A DNA stretch of 64,000 nt from Dimorphilus gyrociliatus (taxonomy: Eukaryota; Animalia; Annelida), in NCBI GenBank assembly GCA_904063045.1, contig CAJFCJ010000068.1, positions 122,542 through 186,541 of the forward strand. Reading direction: 5' to 3'. The position numbers and the translations under genes are program-made. The notes beneath the pieces were generated by a model. It searched no databases, was not told where the DNA came from, and was given only the letters and a program-made list of their open reading frames with translations. Each line of letters begins with the position of its first letter. The stretch's first letter is position 1. Below are positions 37,200 to 48,858 of this stretch, piece after piece.

Positions 37200-38110
37200 C
37201 AAAAAAAACAAGCTGTGGTTGATTAAGGATGAAATGGAAAAAGAGGTTTCAATTTGGGAAGACAAACAAAAAATGAGAGAGATTTAAAATTGTGAACACA
37301 TAGAGAGAAGTCGACATTGGGGTGTCAATAAGACCGAGAAATATCTGCAAGATTTCTATCACAGTTTTGACAGAGCAGTTATACAGGACTTTGTAGACGC
37401 TTGCACAACATGTTCTCAAGCACAGCCACTAAAGAAAAATGAGACTTCCATGATTCATATAAGCTCAAAAGCACCTAATGAGCGGTTTCAAATGGATCTA
37501 GTAGATCTTTCAAGATGGTCCATCAGAACAACGAATTTTGCTACATCTCGAATGTGATAGATGTGTATTCAAAATTCACATGCTCAATAAAATCTAAGAA
37601 TAAAAGCATGTTCACAGTTCGCAAAGAGCTTCAGACTCTCTTTAGAGCTGTCGGACCTCCATCAATTCTTCAATCTGACAATGGCACCGAGTTCTCAAAT
37701 TCAGAAATGTCCTTGCTCTGTAACCAATACAATATACTTCAAAAATTCAGCCGTCCGAGACCCCTGAAGCCAATGGACAGATCGAAAGAGTCAATCAAAC
37801 CATTTCTAGATGGTTACAGAAAAAATTATTCATAAATGATGGAAAAAACTGGATCATCTATCTCGAAGAAGTACTATATGAATATAATATCACTGTCCAT
37901 AGTGCCTCTAAGAAATCCCCCTTTTCACTTTATTATAAAAGGAGTGGGGTTCTCACCACAAAAATTCTCGATTCTGAAAATGACACCAATGTATAAAAGA
38001 CTTCGTATCAGGAGCGAATGCAAAGAAACAAATTTAGTCACACTAAGCAAATCAAATTTCGAATAGGCGACAAAGTTATTGTGAAAAGGGGTGTTTCTGA
38101 ACATCAAAAA
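37200..38110 (+). pseudogene. Stand-alone rve integrase (Ginger/KRBA2-like) remnant
   Basis: CTTC zinc-site remnant, FQMDLVDL, NVIDVYSKF, PSILQSDNGTEF; no RT nearby. Confidence 0.7.
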
Positions 38111-38399
38111 CACAAAAAGCTCATACTTGTTTCTTTTTTTAAACAGATATCTACACGGTGATTGAAATCATAAATGATTCAAAAATGATTGTTAAAGGCA
38201 AATATAACATTGCACGAACAGTTTTTACTAGTTAAACAAAGTTGCTAAAGTGATTTTTCTGCATTTTTTGTTTTTTCACTTACGCACGGTAACCAGATAG
38301 GCGCGCGACATTACATCATATGATTCCTGTATTCTGATATGTTAATCATAGCCAGACTTAATTGGCTCATCTGCAAGTCGCGCAGTTCTGCAATCAAGC

Positions 38400-39040
38400 T
38401 CTGGATCACACAGTGCCAGATCATTTTTACCTTTTTTCTCTATATATGCTCGATTTGTTAAATATGACTTGAAAATCAATAAGTAGAGAACCCCCTTGTA
38501 TCATAATCAGGAACTTCTCGTGGTTTCATTGCTGCAATTCTGCGAAATATATTAAAGTCTTGTGAAATTTGTTGACCCAATCGACACTTTTGATAAGGGA
38601 TTGTAATATTTTCTTTATGGGATCCTCTATTGCCAATTGTAGTGTGTGATGCACCTCATTATAAATATACTAGATGAGGGGTTATCATTTAATTATCTGA
38701 CTCAATTCTTACAGATTGTATGAGACATCAAATGATCCTTCAAAGACTTCGCTTAATGAATCGTTGAGGCGCATTTCAGGACATTTCTTATCCATTTTTG
38801 ACGAGGAGAATATTTCCGTTTGATCGATTTGAATGGGATCTGCTTGTAATAACGAATAAATTCTCTCACAGGTGGACACCATATTGGCGCCATTGTCAAC
38901 TGTCATCGAAACAACGTGATTCTGAGATATTCTAAAATGTTTTAAAAGATTGTGCACTTTAACTTCAAATTTGCAGATGTGCGATATACTTTCATTTCGA
39001 TCATTTCGAGATAGAAAAATATGAATTTTAAAATTCACCG
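38400..39040 (-). pseudogene. hAT transposase fragment
   Basis: VSMTVDNGANMV motif. Confidence 0.55.
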
Positions 39041-39174
39041 CGAGCTCAACATTGATTGCAAAAATTTTTTGTCAAACGTGTGGCCAAACAAATTTGTTTG
39101 AAACGAGCGGATTGTTTTAAAAATTAATTATTAAATGTAGTGTTTTTGTGCTTCTGAGCCAGGGGTGTGCACAA

Positions 39175-42100
39175 TGTTAGATATTGTGGGTTATTTTACA
39201 AATACAAAAATATAGGGGCCTGTTCCCGTTTTTTTGCTATCCTTCTTCTTGTACATCTCAAAGACTTCTTTCTCAAAAACAGTTACTTTATTCTCCACCT
39301 TCACTTATATAAACCACATGAAACAAATATGATTCATTTTGATCTTCAAACCGAATCAGTTTCACAACTGATCAACACCCCCCAGGCAAAATACGTAATT
39401 AGCTGATGTGCTTGGTTCGCTCTATACCATATTGATCCAAAACCAAATATTTATTATTACCAAGAGTTTTGATTACTGTTGCACTGTCCTTGAATTCTAG
39501 ATCCATCTTATTTTCTTTGATCTCATTTCTGAGCAAAACGACATCGCCCACTTTGAATTCATCTACAGCAGCACTCTTTAATTCTTTTGCATACTTCAAC
39601 ATATGTTCTTTTACAATATCAATGTTTTCCTTTTTACAAGCATCATTAGGAGAGATTGAGGTCCCTCTATGTACAAGGTTATCGTAATTCTCAACAGCTC
39701 TACGTAACTTGTTGGAAAGTCCGTCCTCCTCACTTCTCTTGATGGCTTCTCTAATTGTGCGGTTTGCACGCTCAATCCTACCATTAGACTCATGATAGAA
39801 GGGCACTGAAAATTGATGTTGGACATTATTTTCTTTACACCAAATTGCCATTTCATTGCTCGTATATTCCCTTGCATTGTCTGTGAGTTTCTTTTCAATT
39901 GACAGTTCCTTTTTGATCTCATCTAATAAAATAATTGTTTCTTTTGCAGACTTGTTTTTTATTCCTCTTGCGTAAATTTTCGTGAGAAATAATCGACTGC
40001 CATGGCTATGAGCTCACCTTTCCTCAATTCAAGTGTATCTATTGCCACACATTGTCCCGAATGATCGCTCATGACATGTTCACCTTTGACTTTACGACTT
40101 ATGTCATATTTTGCACATGTTACGCATTCCTTAAGTGTCTTCTTAAGCAGTCTCTTCTTTATATCTGGGATCTCTTGTCGAACCAAATCCAGAATATTTT
40201 TCCTATGGGAATTTTCACGATGTACTGTCATTATTTTATCTTTAATGATATCAATGTTATATTGATTCTCTCTTTCGACACCCCTGCTCAAAGCGTCTGG
40301 CATACACATTCCACTACCACGCTTGTATATAATATTAAAATCAAATTGGCTCAACTATTCAATCCACCGATTGAATTTTTGAGTGCCGAAATTTTTTGTT
40401 CTAATTGCACGTTGTGAATGATGGTCCGTCAAAACCTTGAATTTCCTGCCAGCGATCAAGTATTTAAATGAATCCAATGCCCAAACAATCGCCAGTAGTT
40501 CCTTTTCAGTAACCTTGTAATTCAGTTCAGGTCCTTTCAGTACTCGTGAAATGAATGCGACAGGCCTTTCTTCTTGTGAAAGAATCGCACCTAAACCATA
40601 ATCAGAGGCATCCGCCTCATCCACAAATGATTTATTTACATCTGGTATAATACCTCTAAATTACTTTTGAATGCTTTCTTCACATCTTCAAAAGCCTGTT
40701 GATGCTTCACGTCCCATTTCTACGGCACGTCATTTCTGGTTAATTCATATAATGGTTTGAGAATATCTGCCAGCTTTTCTATGAAATTACGATCAAAATT
40801 GAGCAATCCAATGAATCCTTGTAGCTCCCTCTTATTTGATGGTGCAGGACAATCCATTATACCTTGCACTCAAACCAAGCATGGTTCAATTTTGTCATGT
40901 GAGATCTTATATCCCAAAAAATTAATTTTACTGGTACATTTCACAGTCTTTTTTTCATTTACCACAAGACCATATTTTTCAAGGATTTGTCTGATTTCTT
41001 TCTCATTTCTTAGACATTCATTTTCGCTTTTTCCAAATATTAATATGTCGTCCAAATAAATAATACAGGGTTTACCAATTTGTTTTTTTCAATATGATCG
41101 TCATCCCACACTGAAAAACAGCAGAGGAATTCTTGAAGCCGTGAGGCATCCTTTTAAATTGGTAAAGACGATCGAACCCGTCTGTAAATGCTGTTTTCTT
41201 TCGATCAGATTCCTTTAACTGGACTTGGAGAAATCCATCTGACAAATCTATCGAACTGAAGTATTTATGTCCTCTCAGCATGATCATTAACTCTTGAATC
41301 TTCGGAACTGAATATGCATCGAGTTGTACATTGTCATTTATTTTCCGCAGATCAAGACAAAACCTGACGTCACCTGATTTCTTTTCCGTTAGAACAACTG
41401 GATTCAACCAGTCTGAGACACTTTCTTTAATATAATCCAATTTGAGGTATTTTTGAATTTCCTTCTGAAGTTTCATCTTTTTTCATATGTATCAATTGGC
41501 CTTCGCCAACTTACTAAAACGTCTTCAGCAGTTTTTATTGAGCATTCTATCGGAAATGACAGGTGCGGTCCTGTCAAAAATGCTGTCAATTTTTTGCCAA
41601 AAATTATGTCATAAATTCCATTCTGAATTATGTGAAAATCATCTTGAATTGTTTTACCATTCATCCGCACATTCAAATTGACACCTTTATTCGATATGAT
41701 GCTCTGACCATTTAACAGTGTAATTTTTACTGACTGTTTAAAATTAACTGGTGGTTGACATTTCATATTGGAAAGTGCTTTCTCTGTGATCAAATTGACA
41801 CACGACCCCGTATCTAACAAAACAGGATACTCAAAATCATTTATTTCAGCCCGGTCCATACTATCATGTTGAGAAGCTTTGTTTGCCAAGTTCTTTTTTT
41901 TGTTCAGGTTTTTTTACTTTGCATTGCGTAGATATGTGGCCTGAATTTCCACGAGAATAACATTTAATCTGTTTTGTTTTCTCAAACAGTTTTTCTGGAA
42001 GCTTTCTCTTTTCGGTTTAATTTTTTCTTCAAAATATTCTTTCTTCTTTTTCTTGACTTTTTGCCAATTCTCCAGTTTCTTTATTATGAAGTCGATACCT

Positions 42101-42480
42101 GAATCCGTTGTATAAAACAGCGTCAGATAGTCCCCGGGTGCTGGTTCAACTCTCAGTTTGGAAATTACTTCTTGTTCATCCAATCCCTGAATACGCGCTG
42201 CATCTCTCAATCTTCGTACATAGAATGACCATGGCTCATTCGTGTACCTCATCATCTAATGAAATGAGGTGGCCGTGCAAAATTCAATTAAAAGCTTTTT
42301 ATAATCCTCCCAGGTGTCACAAAATCGGTCATCTGTACCCATCTCATAAAACCAATCAAGTACCTCCTTATTCGACGTTTTGATAGGCAATACAAATTTT
42401 TCCTTATTTGTTAATTTTTCAAAACCTGGCGTGAACTCAATCATAAACAATTGCTTTTTGACATCATTCTCTTCCATTCC
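39175..42480 (-). mobile_element. Decayed Gypsy element lacking a recognisable 5' LTR
   Basis: Gag fragments 41914-42477; LLDTGS protease; RT (VRFCLDLRKIND, MDDILIFG); DASDYGLGAIL RNase H; integrase (SNGRIERANRTI); candidate PPT and LTR at 39175-39385. Confidence 0.85.
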
Positions 42481-43619
42481 TTTCTTAAGCTCACAATTAT
42501 TTTCAAACTTACAATCTATCTGGAAATAGAAAGATTGAAAAATTAAACTATTTTTTTATATATTGGTTGATCAAAAAATGTGAAATTCATAGATTTACGA
42601 ATAAAGATATGAATTTTAGTAAAAAGCTAATAAATTTTATTAGAATCAGTAAATCACAAACATTCGATCATTTATTTTTTGATTTTTTCTATAGGTTGAA
42701 AGTTTACAAAATAACTTATATCTCATTTCAAATGAGGTAAACACGGTATATTGAGACTTTCTTCGCAATGAAACACCTCATTCGGCTCTATGAAAAGTGA
42801 AGGAGCCTAATCATGTCCCAAAAAAGAAATTATCAACTGTGATGATAAAATATTCTTTCAATTGATGAGATTTATTTGAATTTGTCATGGTTTAATTGAG
42901 AAATGTAGAAATATAGGAATCTTCTTGTAAAATCTAGATGTTTAGGAAATTTTTGTAAAAAAAATAATTTACATGATGCCGTATTCCTTTAGAAACGGCC
43001 TGGCTTGCAACATTCGAGGAATAGAATTGTACTTTTCGCTCCTAATTAAGAAATATTGAGTCGCCCTTGAGAGAATGATTTCCTGAAATATCAATTTCAG
43101 GACAAACCTTACAGAAAGAACAAGAATTGAGATAAAGATTCTACGCTTAACTATCAAAATGAGAAGATCAAGATTGCTCTCTTGTCATCTTTTTAACATT
43201 TAATGACCATTGATAACAGATAATTGAGAACCAGGGTTAGGTTAGGTCTTGGGGTTAGGGATTAGCACAATCAGTACAGACTGGCAATCCCAAAAGTGCA
43301 CACACACTTATAACCAAGCTTTGGCTAAGGGTTGGTGTAGCTATTGAGGAGTTGCTATCTTGAGTAGCAATTCCCCAGCCTAAGCTGTAACTGTATCTCC
43401 AACAAAACCACTTACAAATTCTCCACAAGGGTGAAGAGAACCTGTATTTAGCAACTAACAAAATGTCACCAGATTAAAACTCACAATATTTCGGAGGTAT
43501 TCCTCCTTTATCAAGTGAGAGGGGAAAAGTGGCTGGTTAGATTGCCACCAGACTGATCTCTGAGAGGCTTACTATACCTTAGGATAGGTACTGGTTTGAT
43601 CCCACACTTTATCTCGCAA

Positions 43620-44700
43620 CAAATCACCTATTTGGTGGTCAGTAAAGCAAGTCGACCACTGATGAAAGTTGAAATTTCAACTTGCTCCGATCGTTATGAA
43701 ATTTTACACAGTGCTAGATCTAATTGAACTGAGCAACTGTGCAAAATTTGAACGAAATCGGCCCAGCGGTTGCGGAGCTATGGAGCTTTGAAGTTAACGG
43801 TGGTAGGTGAGGATGGCTGACTGGCAGCCTTAGACTCTATTACCAGTATCTCGACCCTACGTTCTATAGTAATTAGAGGGTAACCTTTCAAAAATCGCAG
43901 GTATAACAATCAGGTAAGTCACTTTTCATAAAATGTAACAGAAGAAGACCTAGATTCAATTCTATGTTCCTTCCTCTGTACATATATGGCCAATCCTATT
44001 TGCATGGGGCGGTCCAGAGCCCTATTCATTACCGCACCATGAAATATAACTGAATCTAAGATAAGGGGTGATTTCACCTCCAATTTGGACTTAGAATATT
44101 TTTTTTAAAAATTTATCGACTTTTTTCAGTCGAAATTTTTCTAAGTCCAAAACCTAACACTGTGTTAGGCTGGACTTAGAATATTTTCGGAAAATATTTT
44201 TTCCAAAATCTTTCTAAGTACCCAGGCGAATGTAACGTTTTTACAGGTAATTAACATGACAATGAACTTAGAAAATTAATGATTTTCGCGAAATCTTTAC
44301 AAGTCCAGAGCCTCAGTGAAGGCCAATTTTTCAAAATCGTCGGATTGCTTTCAAACTTGAATCCAAGCTTGCCCCTACGTCGGAAAGATAGAAAAAAATA
44401 TTTTTATTTTTCTACCCGAACTCGGAAAATTTTCGATTTTCGAAGCTCAGCCACTCCTGAACCGTAAGAGCTACATGGTCGTGTAGCATATCAGTGAAAA
44501 GCTCTTTTCGAGCTCTATCACCTCCAACAAAATTGAAACGTCTAGGATGACGCATAACGAAACTCCTAAACGGCCCAGATTTGGGACATTTTTGTCACAT
44601 CACTGATTTTTTTGGATCAAAACTAACTCATTGATATATATATCCTTAGGGTACTATGTAGCATAAGGTCTGTAGACCCATGTTAAACTTTCAACCCCTT
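43620..44700. repeat. Hairpin-rich non-coding repeat, possibly a Helentron/DINE-1-like non-autonomous element, within the PLE1 3' region
   Basis: Motifs CCGATCGTTATGAAATTTT...AAATTTGAACGAAATCGG and short palindromes; duplicated at about 49070-51030. Confidence 0.35.
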
Positions 44701-45207
44701 ATATATATCAGACACACTTGTTCCTGTATGTAAGGAATACACTGAGAGATGGTTGAAGGTAGAGGTTATGGTTACATTAGACTGCTCATGTATGATTGTC
44801 AATGGGTTGTCTTTGTGTTGATTGGGAAACCAGAAGGGACCTTTTGTTGGGGAACTTTTGTTCACTGCCAACTGTCAACCATCTGTTCTCTCATAGAGAG
44901 GTGTCTCCCCACAAATTACCCCATTTTTTATTATTTAACAATTGTTCAGAACAGGTCCCATGTCTGTCCAGTCTGTACCTTCTTCTCTGCTGAGTTAAGT
45001 GTTGGTTCCATTATCTTAGGTTAGGGTTAGTTGTAAAGTTTCACTAATTTGTATCTTTTTAGGGGGCCATAGCTTAGGGTTAGGATATAAGAACCAGATG
45101 TGGTGTTTTTGTTGGGGAACTGTTTGTTCACTGCCAACTACCACAACCTGTTCCCCATTAAAGAGGTGTTCAATCCTTACTCAGCCAATAACTAGCCCTA
45201 TTAATTT

Positions 45208-46125
45208 TCATTCACTGTCAATTTCTCTCTGTATCTCCAATAGGAGATTAATACCTGCAAAACTACTATCCTGATCATCCCCCACCCAGCTATTGGCCAT
45301 GGTGAGAATTGTGTCATTGCTGTTGTCCAGGCTCTCTATGTTATTCACAATAGAGAATTTGTTTTGTGGTTTATTGAAGACTGTTTTAATATGCCACCAT
45401 GGGGATGGCCAACATTCTAATAGATTCAGAGTGTTGGTATTATCCTCTTGAGGTGGACCTTCAGTTCTTCCCTTTACTATAAGGCTACCCAATGATCTCC
45501 CCAGTTTCAAGGCAATAATAGGCCTAATCGCTTTCAATGGACTGTCATCATTAAGAGCACTCCAGTGGTCCTTAAGTATTCTATTTAGTTTATACCAAGG
45601 ACTTGGATGGTAGACAACCAGTGGTACTATAGTAGTACTGTAGCGACCATGATCCTCATTTAAGCCATACGGAGTAACTGTATTAGCCTCTTTGATGTAC
45701 CTTGCTTCCAAAGTCTGTAGGGTCTTCTCTCTGTTAGGATCTTCCTCAGGAATGGAATCACAGACCCAGTAAGTCATCTGATCTATTCCATGTTTTCGAA
45801 AATGATCAGAGACCAATTTATTGGATCCATTCCTCACATCCCCTTTATGGTTGTTGATCCTATCTCTTAGAGTTCTAGTGGTAAGACCCACATACTGTAT
45901 TTCACATAGGGTACATTGGATAATGTAAATTATCCAACTAGAGGTACAGTCAAAGTCTCCCTTGACTCTGAACCATTGGTTGCTGCCAGTTGATTGCCAT
46001 GTGTTAGTTTTCCTAACCTTCAGACACACTAGGCATCTCCTACCATTGCATGGTTTCATACCTTCAAATTCTTGCCTCTCAATTTCAATCCTCTTAGTGG
46101 CTTTTAGCCATGCCTCTTTGAACAT
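45208..46125 (-). CDS. GIY-YIG endonuclease portion of PLE1
   Basis: PLE-type Cys-containing GIY-YIG with the catalytic Y, G, R, E and N positions present. Confidence 0.88.
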   Translation of the reverse strand: MFKEAWLKATKRIEIERQEFEGMKPCNGRRCLVCLKVRKTNTWQSTGSNQWFRVKGDFDCTSSWIIYIIQCTLCEIQYVGLTTRTLRDRINNHKGDVRNGSNKLVSDHFRKHGIDQMTYWVCDSIPEEDPNREKTLQTLEARYIKEANTVTPYGLNEDHGRYSTTIVPLVVYHPSPWYKLNRILKDHWSALNDDSPLKAIRPIIALKLGRSLGSLIVKGRTEGPPQEDNTNTLNLLECWPSPWWHIKTVFNKPQNKFSIVNNIESLDNSNDTILTMANSWVGDDQDSSFAGINLLLEIQREIDSE

Positions 46126-48231
46126 TGATTTGGTATAGCCCAGATCTTTGTTTAAATTCCTAAGATCATTGAGTTGTCCCTTTGCTGTATCAATTTTTGA
46201 GCAATTTCTGAGATACCTAAGAGCTTGTGCAAATAAAATTCCTTTAATGGTGTGTTTGGGATGTGCAGACTTGGGTTAAGTAGTCTTCTACTGTCTGTAG
46301 GTTTAAAATGGGTTTTGAACACTAGAGATTGAGTTGAATCTCCAAATCTAGAAAGATGGTTGTGTTACCAGCCTCAGATCTGGTTAGACTAATACCCTCA
46401 TTCTGTTGTTAAGATAGTTCCAAACTCTCTCAACCTGTCATCCTCTCCTACAGTATCACTACTCTCCTTTCTCCACACAATGAGTATATCATCAATGTAC
46501 CTTCTATACACTAATAGGTGTTCTTTGTAGAGGTATATACATCCTCTCCCAAACCCCTAGGACTATATTGCATAAGCTGGACTAAAGCTAACTCCCATTG
46601 CAGTGCCTTTATTTGTAAGTATCTTTCACCTTCAAATACAAAGTCATTGCTTTTTAGGCAGATCTGCAAAAGTTTAAGGATAGCCTCATCTGGTCTATTA
46701 TCTTTTGCCAGTTGTACAGTTGTTTGGCTATGCATTGTATCCCCAATCAGGATCAATGCTAGGTATAGGCATCTACATCTGCAGTTTGTATAATTGTATT
46801 CTCCTCTATATGATAGAGGAGAGGTGTCTGCAATATCCTGTGCATTTTTAGTGTATGCTCTACACACCATAGCCAATGGTTTAGCCAAGCATCTAACCAA
46901 CAGGAGAGAGGGTGTAAATCACTCCCTCTGTAACAAACAACTGGTCTCCCTGGTGGCATCCTATTAGGGATTGTCCACCTTTCCTTATGAATCTTTGGAG
47001 AAGATAAAAATACCTATCTGTGGCTTCTAATTTTGGGCTAAGCTTTTTCATCATCCTATTTGTAACAATCCTCCTTATTGAGGTGGAGAGGATGGAGATG
47101 ATTCAGAATGTCTGGATTTTGAAATGGGAAAGAGACCTTTTGTAGGTGTTGTTATCAGACAGTTGTCTGTTGCCTCTATTAAATAGTCTCTTTGTTCAAG
47201 ATAACAATATTGTTGCCTTTGTCTGCAGGTTAATGATGATATCATCTTTGTTGCAGACTGTTTCAACAGATGTTGAAATCTTGAACTAGGACCATTTTGG
47301 TGAAGGTAGCCATACCTTTCACTCAACCCATTTATGGTTTCACAACCTTTATTCCATATGTTATTCTTGAAATCATTCCATACTGGGGTATCTTCTCCAT
47401 CTATTGAGGATCTTCCTTTATAATGGTCTTGTCAGTTTGACTCACTTTAGCAAAGGGTCTACCCTATAAGTAAGGACCCACATCTTTGTGTTTCACTAGT
47501 CTATGTAGGAAGGATGCTAATCCTCTTTCCAATTCTTAGTGATCCACTGTTTCCTGGTGGATTGTAATCAATATTAATGTATTTCAGACCTTTATTCAAG
47601 GTCTGAATGACTGGATCAGGAACATTCCAATCTGAATAGTTTAAAAGCAAACTATCTCTACTATCTATGCTATGATTAATACCATTATATCATTGCTGTA
47701 CAAAGAACTGGATTGGACAATTGTTAGAGGCTCCAAGTTCCTATCTATTTGGCTTGGGTTTTCCCCTTTCTAGATGTTTAAATTCCTCCTTCCTGTTTGT
47801 TGACATACTGGAGGAAATCAGATAGAGATCTGCTGGACTTGTAGCAACTACCTACCTGGTCTGGATTTGTATTTCTCCACCATGGTTAGTTATCACCATG
47901 ATTTGGGATGGAGTATTATACCACTACTTGTCCCGCCAGTGTACTTTTAACAGTCATCATCTCTACTTTAGTTGGCTAATTCTTCGCCTAGACTATCTTT
48001 AACAATCTTTTTATATCCTCTTCTGTAGTTTGGCATTGAGGGGGCTGAAGATCTAGAAGAAGACTCAGACTTAGGGTTGACCCCTTGTTCTTGGTCTTCC
48101 TCTTTTATTTTACTCTTTTTCTCCTTCCTTTGTTCTCCTCCTCCTTCCTGACTACTTACTCTTCTCCTTTTTTATGGTTACTCCTTCATCATTGCAAGAA
48201 GGTTTATTCTTAAGAATGTCTTTCCAAGTAT

Positions 48232-48858
48232 NNNNNNNNNNNNNNNNNNNNNNNNNNNNNNNNNNNNNNNNNNNNNNNNNNNNNNNNNNNNNNNNNNNNN
48301 NNNNNNNNNNNNNNNNNNNNNNNNNNNNNNNNNNNNNNNNNNNNNNNNNNNNNNNNNNNNNNNNNNNNNNNNNNNNNNNNNNNNNNNNNNNNNNNNNNNN
48401 NNNNNNNNNNNNNNNNNNNNNNNNNNNNNNNNNNNNNNNNNNNNNNNNNNNNNNNNNNNNNNNNNNNNNNNNNNNNNNNNNNNNNNNNNNNNNNNNNNNN
48501 NNNNNNNNNNNNNNNNNNNNNNNNNNNNNNNNNNNNNNNNNNNNNNNNNNNNNNNNNNNNNNNNNNNNNNNNNNNNNNNNNNNNNNNNNNNNNNNNNNNN
48601 NNNNNNNNNNNNNNNNNNNNNNNNNNNNNNNNNNNNNNNNNNNNNNNNNNNNNNNNNNNNNNNNNNNNNNNNNNNNNNNNNNNNNNNNNNNNNNNNNNNN
48701 NNNNNNNNNNNNNNNNNNNNNNNNNNNNNNNNNNNNNNNNNNNNNNNNNNNNNNNNNNNNNNNNNNNNNNNNNNNNNNNNNNNNNNNNNNNNNNNNNNNN
48801 NNNNNNNNNNNNNNNNNNNNNNNNNNNNNNNNNNNNNNNNNNNNNNNNNNNNNNNNNN
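48232..48858. other. Assembly gap (N run)
   Basis: Run of Ns; boundaries approximate. Confidence 0.99.

Larger units (their letters stand above)
43236..48231 (-). mobile_element. Penelope-like element 1 (RT + GIY-YIG), RT frameshifted
   Basis: N-terminal LLNYS...LNKGLKY; PADKG; RPVV; YRRYIDDIL at about 46500; intact-looking GIY-YIG in ORF 45208-46125 (IYIIQCTLCEIQYVGLT...RINNH...LEARYI...YGLN). Confidence 0.9.

Noticed and set aside
43640-43690. Possible hammerhead CTGA(T/C)GA-AAGTT-GAAA (copy at about 49087)
   Set aside because: No stem I partner follows the putative cleavage site and stem III is not palindromic; AAGTTGAAATTTCAACTT folds better as a plain hairpin.
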